Counted from the first letter of the stretch, positions 22,816-34,416 are shown. The stretch is 38,013 nt of DNA from Octopus bimaculoides (GCF_001194135.2 NC_068984.1:132088562-132126574), one strand, 5' to 3'. The notes: generated by a model not told the origin, from the sequence alone. Program-made: numbers and translations.

Positions 22816-23217
22816 CCACCACTGACTGCAGCCGCCGTCACCACCACCTGTCGCCGCCGCCGCCGCCGCCATATAACTTACCTATCACAGCAACCGGCTT
22901 CACCGACGCCACCACCACCAGACACAAAAACAACAACAACAACAGCCCCTACCCCCCGCTCACGCCCCTTACAAGCATAATCCGCCGTAATCCAAACGGA
23001 CAGCAGACAGCTGCTCACTAACGTAAGCAGTAACATTTAGCCGGGTGGCAATGACAATACTACGTTAGTTGTATTCGGGTGGTATGATAACACCCTTGTA
23101 GCTGTCTTCCTAATATGGTGTGCTGTCTTTGGGAGGCCGAATTCTGCAATGTACGTCACAGATTAAGGCTGTGTTTAGATATGTGTTTCGGTATTTACCT
23201 ACGTTGTCTGTGCGTTT

Positions 23218-23280
23218 GGGTGTATGGGTGTATGGGTGCTTGGGTGCTTGGGTGCTTGGGTGCTTGGGTGTTTGGGTGTT
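23218..23280 (+). repeat. (GGGTGYWT)8 octamer tandem repeat
   Basis: GGG tracts at 23218, 23226, 23234, 23242, 23250, 23258, 23266 and 23274. Confidence 0.9.
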
Positions 23281-23540
23281 GCTATGACGTATGCGTGTGT
23301 GTTTCAGTTTTATTTGATTACGAGTGTGTGTGAGTGTGTGCGTGCGTGCGTGTATGGATGTATGTGTGTGTGTGTGCGTGCATGTGTGTGTGTGTGTAAT
23401 TTCTTTTATGCTATTTACATACACAAACATGCATCCGTATATACTTGCATATTGATCCATAAATTGATATATAAGTATGCATGCATATGTGTGTGTGTGT
23501 GTGTGTGTATAGAGAGAAAGATAGGTAGATACGTACATTA

Positions 23541-23584
<44 letters not shown>

Positions 23585-23624
23585 AAGCAAGCAAGCTGGT
23601 TATCTATGTGTGCATGTGTGTTTA

Positions 23625-23812
23625 TGTCACTTGACCATGCTGGGGCACCGCTTTGAAGGGATTTAGTCGAACAAATTGAACCCTAGAACTTGTCTTTTTT
23701 AAAGCCTAATACTTATTCTATCAGTTAATTTTTGTCTAACTGTTAAATTACAAGAACTTAAACGAATCAACGCTAGTTGTCAAGGGCTGATCGGAGACAA
23801 ACACAAACACAT
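23625..23812 (-). mobile_element. degenerate SINE family A 3' half
   Basis: GACCATGCTGGGGCACCGC...TAGTCGAACAAATTGA...AAGCCTAATACTTATTCTATC. Confidence 0.75.
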
Positions 23813-24322
23813 GCGCGCAACTACGTGTGTATACATGACTGGGCATGACTTTTAAACTGTATCTGGTAGTAGAGCCTGGTTAGGGTGTTCCAGGGTTATG
23901 AGCAGTGTGGAATCACCTCTTTGCCACTGTTGTTCCCAGATCTACTCTGGCCCGGAGTAGAAGCAGCTGATAGGGTCTCAGCCATGATTTAACTAGCATG
24001 AGAACCGCTGGGAGTGAAGGACCCCTCATTCTCGTTAGAACTTCCATCTAGCAGAAGGTAAACTCATGCAAAAGACCTGAATCTGGTTTCTGCTCGCCTC
24101 AACCTCTATTTATTGTGCCACTGGTTTTATAACCGATTGCACTGAAAAGTGGTCCCAGAACTCTGCAACTCTTTATTCCCTCAAAGCAAATTCACGTACA
24201 GAAACTTCATGGACGCTGGGAATGTCTGCACGAATTTACTGTGTTTAAAAAGTGATTTCACTCGGTTACAACTTGACTTCCATCAGCATGTATGTACGTA
24301 TGTATGTATGTATGTATGTATG

Positions 24323-24432
24323 TCATTATTAGGTTTATTTCAAGATTTCTTGCCAATAGAGAAAGAATCGGTTTCTAACCTAGATCCATGGTTCCTTCAA
24401 TGGAATTTCAACATCAACAACAGGGTATTTTT
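24323..24432 (+). repeat. 110-bp (TATG)n-embedded element, copy 3
   Basis: Same boundaries as the other two copies, with (TATG)n on both sides. Confidence 0.9.
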
Positions 24433-24498
24433 GTGTGTATGTATGTATGTATGTATGTATGTATGTATGTATGTATGTATGTATGTATGTATGCACAA

Positions 24499-24859
24499 GT
24501 CTGGGCATGATTGTTTATGGAAAACCAGAAGTCGCCCATGCATACCAGCCTCCCTCTCCACGCCACCGATGTTATCCAAGAGAAAGGCAGAGGCCGATGC
24601 AGCTTGGCACTAGTGACGTCGCAGCTCATTTATTAACGTGCAAGTGGTTGAGCACTCCACAGACACGTATACCCTTAACGTAGTTCTCGTGGAGATTCAG
24701 CGTGACACAGAGTGTGACAAGGCTGGCCCTTTGAAGTACACGTACAGCAGGGTTCACCACCACTCCCTGCCGGAACCTCGTGGAGCTTCAGGTGTTTTCG
24801 CTCAATAAACACTCACAATGCCCGGTCTAGGAATCGAAACCGCGATCCATTGCGCCTCC
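24499..24859 (-). mobile_element. chimeric SINE: family B head and body joined to a D-type 3' region
   Basis: 24629-24859 is the reverse complement of family B with two internal deletions. About 24507-24628 matches 25883-26005. Confidence 0.8.
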
Positions 24860-25641
24860 ACGGCTTATGAATAATATGTGATAACAACATCACTAATAAG
24901 TCACAGGCCCCCAATTCTGAAAAGTATTTTTATTGTTCTTCCAGCTAACTGAATGAACAAAATGTATGTCAGATGGCCTGTTTTTGCTTGAGACCCCAAC
25001 TTTAACAAATTTATGACTTAAAAGTGAGAAATATAACCTAGTACACCATATGGAGGGAGGGCAAGAAAGAGGAAATGATAGATAAAGGGAAAGAGAGAGC
25101 GGGTGATAGAGAGAAGAGGGAGAGAGAGGGAGAAAGAAAAGGAGGGAGGGGGCTCGTTGATCCGCCCGATACTTCCGGGATTATCGAACAAGCGTAAAAC
25201 GAAAAGCTGGAAAATTAATCATCTTAAATATATAATTACAATATAAACATTATTTTAATTACTTTATTTCCTCAGATATGCGTAAATAGACACATAATAA
25301 TAGCTAACCGTATTGTTATTGAGTCAAGGCGCCTTCTCCGATTTTCGTTCGTATCCAACATTATTCCCCTTAATTTTGAGGAATGTTGATTATAAATTAA
25401 TTTGGTGAGCGGAATGGTAAAATTGGTTTTATACATATTTCATCGGCGTTACATCCGCAAGACGTGGCTGTATTCCATAAGCGTTTTGAAGTCTTGTAGC
25501 GCTGGTTTCAACTCCTACTGAAGGTCTTATATGATACAGATCTCATTTATATTCAGACGATTGAATATTGAATATTAACGCCAGTTACGCATACATACAT
25601 ACACTCACATATACATACACACATATATATATATGTGCATG

Positions 25642-25698
<57 letters not shown>

Positions 25699-25882
25699 NN
25701 NNNNNNNNNNNNNNNNNNNNNNNNNNNNNNNNNNNNNNNNNNNNNNNNNNNNNNNNNNNNNNNNNNNNNNNNNNNNNNNNNNNNNNNNNNNNNNNNNNNN
25801 NNNNNNNNNNNNNNNNNNNNNNNNNNNNNNNNNNNNNNNNNNNNNNNNNNNNNNNNNNNNNNNNNNNNNNNNNNNNNNNNNN

Positions 25883-26139
25883 GTTGTTTATGGAAGACCA
25901 GCAGTCGCCCATGCATACCAGCCTCCCCTCTCCACGCCACCAGTGTTATCCAAGGCAAAGGCAAAGGCCGATACAGCTTGGCACCTGTGATGTCACAACT
26001 CATTTCTACAGCTGAGTGAACTGGAGCAACGTGAAATAAAGTGTCTTGCTCAAGAACACAACACGCAGCCCGGTCCGGGATTCGAACTCACAACCTCATG
26101 ATCATAAGCTCGACGCTCTAACCACTGAGCCATGCGCCT
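25883..26139 (-). mobile_element. SINE family D
   Basis: Minus head AAGGCGCATGGCTCAGTGGTTAGAGCG...GAGTTCGAATCC (clear A and B boxes) and core TTCTTGAGCAAGACACTTTATTTCACGTTGCTCCAG. The 3' end runs into a gap. Confidence 0.9.
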
Positions 26140-26254
26140 TTATAATACAGCTCTGTTAAAAGATATATGTATGCAAGTGTTAAGAACTCAGAGAGTCGTC
26201 AGTCCAAATAACAGGGATAGTGGGAGGAAAGCGTAGCTTCGCAATCATCTACAC

Positions 26255-26848
26255 CAGGGGTGGGGAAACGCCTGCCCGCGAGCCCGTTTTAGTGTGCCCA
26301 CAGGCTGATATACTCATATGTACAAAATATAGTAAATTTTTCAATCAAAATTTATACAATATTAGTATATCCATTTGCGACATAGGTCGCGTTTCCACTA
26401 CGACTCAAAATGGTCAGAAATCGTCCGGTAATTGCCATTTGAATGGAAATTTTGTTTTCACTATAAAACACATATTGCTAGATTTGTACCACCCCTTTGA
26501 GACCCAACTACACTCTAGCTGAAAAGTATAGAATACCTCATAAGTAATATAAACGTCTTAAATTGAGTGGCGGCGTTAATGAAGATGTTACGCGTTAATT
26601 TAATGTGTTAAACTTATTTTTATTAATGTATATCAAATTATACATAGATATATACAAGATTTACACAGATATAAGAGTTAGAACTTGTGATCCATCCGCG
26701 GACCTTTTTCTTAGGAAATTTTTGCTCGCCGCGCTAAAATGTTTCTTGAAGATTTACACAGATATAAGAGTTAGAAGCTGTGATCCGCCCGCGGACCTTT
26801 TTCTTAGGAAATTTTTGCCCGCCGCGCTAAAAAGTTTCCTCACCACTG
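26255..26848. mobile_element. hAT (Charlie-type) MITE, 594 bp
   Basis: TIR CAGGGGTGGGGAAAC / GTTTCCTCACCACTG (13 of 15). Perfect 8-bp TSD ATCTACAC at 26247-26254 and 26849-26856. Confidence 0.95.
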
Positions 26849-27240
26849 ATCTACACTAATTGTACAAACATCTCGTTATCCATTTTCTCTTCAAACCCAA
26901 TGAGATGAGAGATATTCTGTTGGAATCTAGGAAATTTAATCACACAGTATAACTTTTGGTTACTGATCACGGAGGCTAATTCCCCTAGCGTTAGTTTAGT
27001 GTTACATAATGGTATGTTTAATATTTCTACACCAAGTGCAAGCTACAATTGCAAATGTGTCACCTAGTTCTTTTACATTTTCCCGCCTGGTGTAGAAAAT
27101 CTATAAATGTTATGTCCGGTTCTTATTCATGATGTCACTTCTTAATGAGCATGTGACACATAGAAAAGCTTGTTCTTGAGTTTTATTTCTTATTTATTTA
27201 ATTATTTATTTATCTATTTCGTATTTTTGCATGTTTGTTT

Positions 27241-27527
27241 ATCTTTTTATCTTTCACTTGTTTCGGTCGTTGTGCTGCGGGCATGCTGGGGCACCACCTT
27301 GAAGGGTTTTTGTTGAGCAAGTCTATTCCAGTGCTTATATTTTTTTAAAGTCTGGTACTTATTCTATCGCTCTTGAGGACGTAAACAAAACAACGCTAGT
27401 CGTCAATCGATGATGGGGACAAATCTACACACAAAGTATTTGTCGGTCCGGATCTATAGTTAAATGCACCCGTCCAAGGTGTGCCGCGGGGTGGGACTGA
27501 ACACAAGATCACATAGTTAGGAAGCGA
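27241..27527 (-). mobile_element. old, internally deleted SINE family A
   Basis: Tail ATCTTTTTATCTTTCACTTGTTTC...GCATGCTGGGGCACCACC and head remnant GTGGGACTGAAC. Confidence 0.7.
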
Positions 27528-27699
27528 CCCAATATTTTGCTTGCATGTTTGTTACAGTATGACTAAAAATAACGAAGTTGCTTAAACTATGAATAAATTT
27601 AAATAAACATGAACTTTGTTTAGTTGGTTGCTATCTATAAGTTGCAATACTATCAGTAAACGGGAGGAAAACGAGTCAGAAAGTTTATCAGGAACTGTT

Positions 27700-28797
27700 G
27701 CGAGGTTAAGAGGACCGCTTTGTAACCACGTGTTCTCAGGTTCAGTCCCACTGAACCTGAGAACACGTAGACACTAGTCAAGTGTCTTCTATTGTCCCCG
27801 GCCGACAAATACTTTGTGAGTGAATTTGGAAGTTGAAACTATGTGGAAGACTGCTGTATATATGTATGTATATNNNNNNNNNNNNNNNNNNNNNNNNNNN
27901 NNNNNNNNNNNNNNNNNNNNNNNNNNNNNNNNNNNNNNNNNNNNNNNNNNNNNNNNNNNNNNNNNNNNNNNNNNNNNNNNNNNNNNNNNNNNNNNNNNNN
28001 NNNNNNNNNNNNNNNNNNNNNNNNNNNNNNNNNNNNNNNNNNNNNNNNNNNNNNNNNNNNNNNNNNNNNNNNNNNNNNNNNNNNNNNNNNNNNNNNNNNN
28101 NNNNNNNNNNNNNNNNNNNNNNNNNNNNNNNNNNNNNNNNNNNNNNNNNNNNNNNNNNNNNNNNNNNNNNNNNNNNNNNNNNNNNNNNNNNNNNNNNNNN
28201 NNNNNNNNNNNNNNNNNNNNNNNNNNNNNNNNNNNNNNNNNNNNNNNNNNNNNNNNNNNNNNNNNNNNNNNNNNNNNNNNNNNNNNNNNNNNNNNNNNNN
28301 NNNNNNNNNNNNNNNNNNNNNNNNNNNNNNNNNNNNNNNNNNNNNNNNNNNNNNNNNNNNNNNNNNNNNNNNNNNNNNNNNNNNNNNNNNNNNNNNNNNN
28401 NNNNNNNNNNNNNNNNNNNNNNNNNNNNNNNNNNNNNNNNNNNNNNNNNNNNNNNNNNNNNNNNNNNNNNNNNNNNNNNNNNNNNNNNNNNNNNNNNNNN
28501 NNNNNNNNNNNNNNNNNNNNNNNNNNNNNNNNNNNNNNNNNNNNNNNNNNNNNNNNNNNNNNNNNNNNNNNNNNNNNNNNNNNNNNNNNNNNNNNNNNNN
28601 TGTGTGTGTGTCACCATCGCTTGACAACCGATGTTGGTGTGTTTACGTCCCTGTAACTTAGCGGTTCGGCAAAAAAGAGACCGATAGGATAAGTACTAGG
28701 CTTACAAAGAATAAGTCCTGGGGTCGATTTGTTCGACTAAAGGCAGTGCTCCAGCATGGCCGCAGTCAAATGACTGAAACAAATTAAAAAAGAACAA
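27700..28797 (+). mobile_element. SINE family A spanning the 27874-28600 gap
   Basis: Degenerate 5' half before the gap and well-preserved 3' half after it. Whether the two halves belong to one copy is not provable across the Ns. Confidence 0.7.
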
Positions 28798-29261
28798 AAA
28801 AAGCTGAAACTAGTTCGTCTACGAATGCCAGAAACCATGGTTACTACTATAGTATTGTGGAAAGTATATAATGGAGTATATAGGTATGTAAGTAAGGGCA
28901 CATAATCTGGTAAGAGCGTTGTACTTATGATCCCGTGATCGTGGGTTTGATTAGTGGACCGAGAGGTACGTTGTGTTCTTGAGCAAAACATTTCGTCATA
29001 CGCTGCTTTGCGATCATTTCAAAGTCTGGTGTGTGTCACACCGAGTAACTGTACAGAAAGTGCCGATTTAATGAAGGGAGTGAGCTAATGTACAGACACA
29101 AACCTTTGATCACTACAAACAAATCATTTGTGCTGGTTGCTCAGTAAGAAATTGCTGAACCTTTATATGGCGTCTACGTGAGGAGAGTTCTCTAGGATGT
29201 AAAGGAGAAGATGTATAAAGTCGGCCTGATAAGATGAGATATTCCAAAGCAACATTTAAAT

Positions 29262-30330
29262 TTTTCAATCTTGTCCACCACACTACCTCCTTTTCCATAG
29301 CCACCAGACAGAGGAAAACTGCTTTTCATTCTCGACCAAAGGAAGGCAGCGAGGTGATCTTCCCGATGGACTGATAACCGGATCCGTCCTACACGCAACA
29401 TCAGCTGTTCGTCAAAGTTCTACAAGTCAGTAATGCACGGACTCTGGACGAATGTATGCAGGACGGTTTCGTCGCCCTGCATACACCTCGGACTGGTCCG
29501 TCTGACGGTACTTCCGTGTTTGTGGAGCTTGTCTCGAACCGGCAGAGCTCCTCAATAGCACTGCCAGGCCAAGGATTTCTAGAAGTTATCCATAGGCTCC
29601 AACCCGAAAGTCCTCAGGAAAAGACCAGTTAATTGATCCTCCGCCGACGTCCAAAGTTTCCCCAATGACATCGTCGCTCTTGCCGGTCACTAATCCCCTA
29701 TAGAAATCCACGGTGGAACATCCACTGACCGCGTTGACCGATTGGTAGAAAGCTGTGAATGTTTACCGACACTCCAAGTGCCAAGCGCCCTTTCTTATTT
29801 CTCTACTGCTCACAAGGGGCTACACACAGAGGGGACAAACAAGGAAAGACAAACGGATTAAGTCGATTATATCGACCCCAGTGCGTAACTGGTACTTAAT
29901 TTATCGACTCCGAAAGAATAAAAGGCAAAGTCGACCTCGGCGGAATTTGAACTCAGAACGTAGCGGCAGACGAAGTACCGCTAAGCATTTCACCCAGCGT
30001 GCTAACGTTTCTGCCAGTTCGCCGTCAAGCGCCCTTTCTCGGTCTACGCTTGATCCAGGACTGTAGCTTCGTCAATGAGACGAGCTGCGGAAAATCCTGC
30101 CTGACAAACGGCAACCACAGCCGCTCACCGTTAAGAAAACGCTGGAGTTGCCGCTGCCTCAGCGCGCGTCTGTGCATCATTAGTCACGGCATGCCCAGTC
30201 CTCCACTCAGCGGCTGTTGACAGCAGATAGACCGTCTGATGAACGGAACACGTCCCTTCCACAGAAAGCGGAAGAGCAAGGGCCCAACTTGATCAGACGC
30301 GAAGTGGGGCAAGGGACGATACTTCAGACG
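29262..30330 (-). mobile_element. Tx1/L1-clade non-LTR retrotransposon ORF2 fragment (post-RT region plus zf-RVT), decayed
   Basis: Minus translation: LLFRFLWKGRVPFIRRSICCQQPLSGGLGMP*L...RRPRKGAWHLECR*...KSLAWQCY*GALPVRDKLHKHG...SPRCMQGDETVLHTFVQSP...EKEVVWWTRLK. Contains the FLW..GGLG and CPxC..ETxxHxFxxC motifs. Confidence 0.85.
29796..30025 (-). mobile_element. SINE family E nested in the Tx1 fragment
   Basis: Full head-core-tail. 14-bp TSD CAAGCGCCCTTTCT at 29782-29795 and 30026-30039. Confidence 0.95.
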
Positions 30331-30389
30331 GATTGAAATTTAGGGCGGGTTTTTAGTCGTTTACACCAACATCTATAACAATAATAATG

Positions 30390-30609
30390 ATAATCATTTC
30401 TATTTGTAGACACAAGGCCTGAAATTTCAGGGAGGGGGTGGCTAGTCCTTTACATTGACCCCATTGCTTAAATGGTATTCATTACATCGACCCCGAAAGG
30501 ATGAAAGGCAAAGTCAACCTCAGCAGAATTTGTACTCAAAACATGAAGACGGACGGAATGCTGGTAAGCATTTTGTCCGGTGAGCTAACGATTCTGCAAG
30601 ATCACCACC

Positions 30610-30611
<2 letters not shown>
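30390..30611 (-). mobile_element. SINE family E (older copy)
   Basis: Core ATCGACCCCGAAAGGATGAAAGGCAAAGTC on the + strand. Confidence 0.85.
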
Positions 30612-30652
<41 letters not shown>

Positions 30653-30828
30653 GAAGAAGAAGAAGAAGAAGAAGAAGAGTAATAATAATAATAATAATGA
30701 TAATAATAATAATAATAATAATAATGAAGATGATGATGATGATGTTGATGATCGTGATGATCATGATGAGAAGAAGAAGAAGAAGAAGAAGAAGAACAAC
30801 AACAACAACAACAACAACAAGAAGAAGA
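30612..30828. repeat. compound trinucleotide microsatellite (AAT)(AAG)(AAT)(GAT)(AAG)(AAC)(AAG)
   Basis: Direct reading. Confidence 0.95.
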
Positions 30829-31535
30829 AACGTATTTGGCGCTGGTGGGAAAAGCTTTGACATTTTATGCACACGGGATTTGGTGAAACTGCAATGGCGT
30901 GTTGGAATAGCAACGTCTGTGGGAACATTTCATTTCATGTCTTGCTATGGGATCTTACATGGAATTCAACTCTCAACCTTTGACTAAGACACCACTACCA
31001 CCACCACCACCGCCGCCACCACCACCACCACCACCACCGCCACCATCACCTCGCCATGAAACTACCACCCTGTTCGTAGTTGTTAAGGAGTGTTTCATTT
31101 AGCTAATCTGCACACATTTCTGTAGTAAATATATGTTGTTACGTCCCAGCAACCGCTGCTGATACGCGACTGTAAATATTATATTCACGTTCTTACAGTG
31201 AGCATATATATATACTTTCCAGATGCCATCTCCATTATGTACGCGCGTGCGTACACACGCACGCACGCACGCACACAGACATACGTGTGTGTGGTGTAGG
31301 TTCTGATAGGGTAAAAAGTCGGCGCATTTACCAGCTGTTGGGTGGCCATTGACTCTACTGAGTTCATCCGCCCTTTGACAAGTTTTATTTTACACCCTGC
31401 AGGGTGTTCAACGAAAAAGCCACTCTCCATACCAAGTAGGCCTGGTAGGGTTACCAGTTTAGTCGCCGACGGCTCGACTATGCAACAAGTTGTACTCGGT
31501 TACATGTTAACATTAACATTATGAGTGACCTGACG

Positions 31536-31688
31536 TACAAGGTGCATTCCAGAAGTTATAAGACATTTCAAGAGAGACATTTATTAATGTCAAGAAAGTG
31601 CTAAAGTCTAATCTCTTCCCATGTAAGATCCTCTGACTTCGATGGACTTGTAGCGCTCAAACCACTTCGGGAAGGCCCTATAGAAGTT
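31536..31688 (-). mobile_element. mariner 3' end fragment
   Basis: Minus translation FYRAFPKWFERYKSIEVRGSYMGRD*, resembling a mariner C-terminus (ERYxKCIxxxGDYFE), then a 3' UTR ending ...CTTCTGGAATGCACCTTG|TA. Confidence 0.65.
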
Positions 31689-32032
31689 TTATAAAATATC
31701 TGGCTGAACAACCGGACGAATGATTTGTTTATAGCGAATCAATTGTATGTGCTATATATAAGCCCGCTTTCGCCATCAAATCGACGTTTCTTGAGCAGGC
31801 GTACAGCATACGACACGTCAGGTTTCGAAGCAATCGCAGAACGTTGCGAGCTGAAATATTTTGCTCAAAAACTTAGTGCACCACCCGGTTCAGAAATTCA
31901 GCCAAGATTTCCCGATCATGGGTGTAACACCCTAACCACTAGGTCATTCGCTCTGGACATACATAGATACATACATACATACATACATACATACATGCAT
32001 GTATGTATGTATGTATGTATGTATGTATGTAT

Positions 32033-32262
32033 CCAGCATGAAGAATTGAAGCGAGCTGCGCGAAAGCGCACGGCTCATATAATGAATGGGGGAAGCTTAA
32101 TCTGCAATGTTTGCAGTCGTATATGCTTGTCAAGAGCAGGGCTCATTAGCCACCAACGGAGCCGCAAATGCAAAATATAAGTTAGTCCTAGAGCGCACGA
32201 TGTTCCTGAAGGTCGGCAATGGTCTTCCTCGGTCACGAGTGGACGGCCATCATCATCATCAT
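32033..32262 (+). mobile_element. RTE (BovB-like) LINE, 5'-truncated 3' end
   Basis: Frame ending at 32180 reads QHEELKRAARKRTAH...LICNVCSRICLSRAGLISHQRS (CxxC..CLSRxGLxSH, typical of the RTE ORF2 C-terminal finger). It is followed by a short UTR, GGACGGCC and a (CAT)n tail. Confidence 0.85.
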
Positions 32263-34292
32263 GTATGTATGTATGTATGTATGTATGTATGTATATATAT
32301 GTTTGTATGTATGTATGCATGTATGTATTTGGTGATCTTTTAGTGATTTAAAAAACATCAGCTAAAATACACTTGCCTGCTTCATTGTTACACAAACACA
32401 CCACATTTAATTGCTATGTATATTTAATTGCTATATATATTTTCATTTAAAGGCAATATACACTTGCGTAGTGTTCAGCTAGATATAGCAATTACATAAA
32501 CTTGTCTGTTTAATTAGAAAAATGTGTACGTGTCTGCTCTGATGACTGGAGATTGGCATACGTGCTGGTTGTTATTTGTTTTATGTACTTTTATTATTTA
32601 TAATCTCTCCAGGTCAGACGTAATCCAACGATCAAAGACATTCCAACCGTGACATTCCAGCTTTTGTCTTTATTATATTCTTTTTTGTTCATCCAGTGCG
32701 TGTAGGACTGCGTTATCCAATGTACATTGGTTTGAGGGAAATTTTCTTTTCTCTTCTAAGTGACCGTGGTACTACGAAGAAGGTCGCTTTGTTAGTTAGA
32801 TTCCATGGAACGAGGAGGAGGAGGAGGAGGAGACGGAGGAAGAGAGCAAGATAGATAGAGATACACACATACATACATACATACATACATACATTTGTCA
32901 CTTTTGCTATGAATTAAATTAATGAATTCAACGGGATACACCGTCTGCAAGTAGTTGGGTTCAGCATATTATCCTCCATTTTCTAATTGTTACACAAATT
33001 TTGGGTAAAACCTCCACTTTTACCCGCTCCCATTGATTGCACCTAGTATAGCACTAGTGTAGCAATAATTGGGTACCCTCCCAGCAGTATACTGGATAGA
33101 TACTATCCCTTGGTGGGTTGTACCNNNNNNNNNNNNNNNNNNNNNNNNNNNNNNNNNNNNNNNNNNNNNNNNNNNNNNNNNNNNNNNNNNNNNNNNNNNN
33201 NNNNNNNNNNNNNNNNNNNNNNNNNNNNNNNNNNNNNNNNNNNNNNNNNNNNNNNNNNNNNNNNNNNNNNNNNNNNNNNNNNNNNNNNNNNNNNNNNNNN
33301 NNNNNNNNNNNNNNNNNNNNNNNNNNNNNNNNNNNNNNNNNNNNNNNNNNNNNNNNNNNNNNNNNNNNNNNNNNNNNNNNNNNNNNNNNNNNNNNNNNNN
33401 NNNNNNNNNNNNNNNNNNNNNNNNNNNNNNNNNNNNNNNNNNNNNNNNNNNNNNNNNNNNNNNNNNNNNNNNNNNNNNNNNNNNNNNNNNNNNNNNNNNN
33501 NNNNNNNNNNNNNNNNNNNNNNNNNNNNNNNNNNNNNNNNNNNNNNNNNNNNNNNNNNNNNNNNNNNNNNNNNNNNNNNNNNNNNNNNNNNNNNNNNNNN
33601 NNNNNNNNNNNNNNNNNNNAGAGAGAGGGGGGAGAGAGAGAGGGGAGAGAGAGAGGGGAGAGAGAGAGTGAATGGAAGTACTGGCTACCTCATCGAGAGA
33701 TCGGAGATTCGTTCGTATCCTATTGCCAGCACTACGTTATTTGGACGACCAACACTTAACTCTCTACCGCCGAGCCTATGACAGGTATAAGCGCAGCCAT
33801 GCAGTAGTATTATAAAATAGGGGATTGTTTCATTATACAGTTGTGTTAAATGCGAGTTTTGCCACTGATTATGAGAGAAAAAGACCTCACCGTGGTATAT
33901 TTCTTCTGTTGAATCACTGCATGAAGGTTAGGTCTTCAGAGGGTGAGCACACCGTTGGATTAACCATTAAGCAAGATAGGCAAGAGCTTAGGGCAACAAG
34001 GGAAGGAGGCTCCATAGAAATGGTAAATAGTTTACGCAGAAAAAGAAATCACTTTAAACTTGTTAAAATAATATTCGAAGTGGTTTATATGATCGGGAAT
34101 AAAATTTCGAAGCGTTCATGGTGTCATAGGGAGGATCTGATCGAAGACTTTGCAATTTAAAAAAATGGCAGAAAACTTTTCAAATACAAATAAAGTGGAA
34201 GAATACAAAAATAAATATTATTTTCCATCTTACTGTTAGTTTAGCCTCATTTTGAAAGCTAATTTATTTTATGGTTTATTATTGCTTATATT

Positions 34293-34416
34293 AAGGCGGC
34301 GAGCTGGCAGAATCGTTATGCTTAGCGGTATTTCGCCCGTCGCTACGCTCTGAGTTAAAATTCTGCTGAGGTCAACTTTGCCTTTCTTCCTTTCGGGGTC
34401 GATTAAATAAGTACCA
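34293..34416 (+). mobile_element. SINE family E lacking its 3' tail
   Basis: AAGGCGGCGAGCTGGCAGAATCG...GGGGTCGATTAAATAAGTACCA, flanked by CTTATATT at 34285-34292 and 34417-34424. Confidence 0.85.

Noticed and set aside
2345-24432. CRISPR-like repeat arrangement
   Set aside because: The repeats are dispersed eukaryotic interspersed elements, with no regular spacers and no cas genes.
27778-28661. Long ORFs spanning N runs (also 22025-23021, 33069-33781, 35277-36687)
   Set aside because: Their length comes from unknown bases.
31290-31520. Possible retroposon 5' fragment (also repeat-like stretches at 23880-23980 and 28900-29180)
   Set aside because: Single occurrences in the window with no diagnostic ends. 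A repeat-library search is needed.
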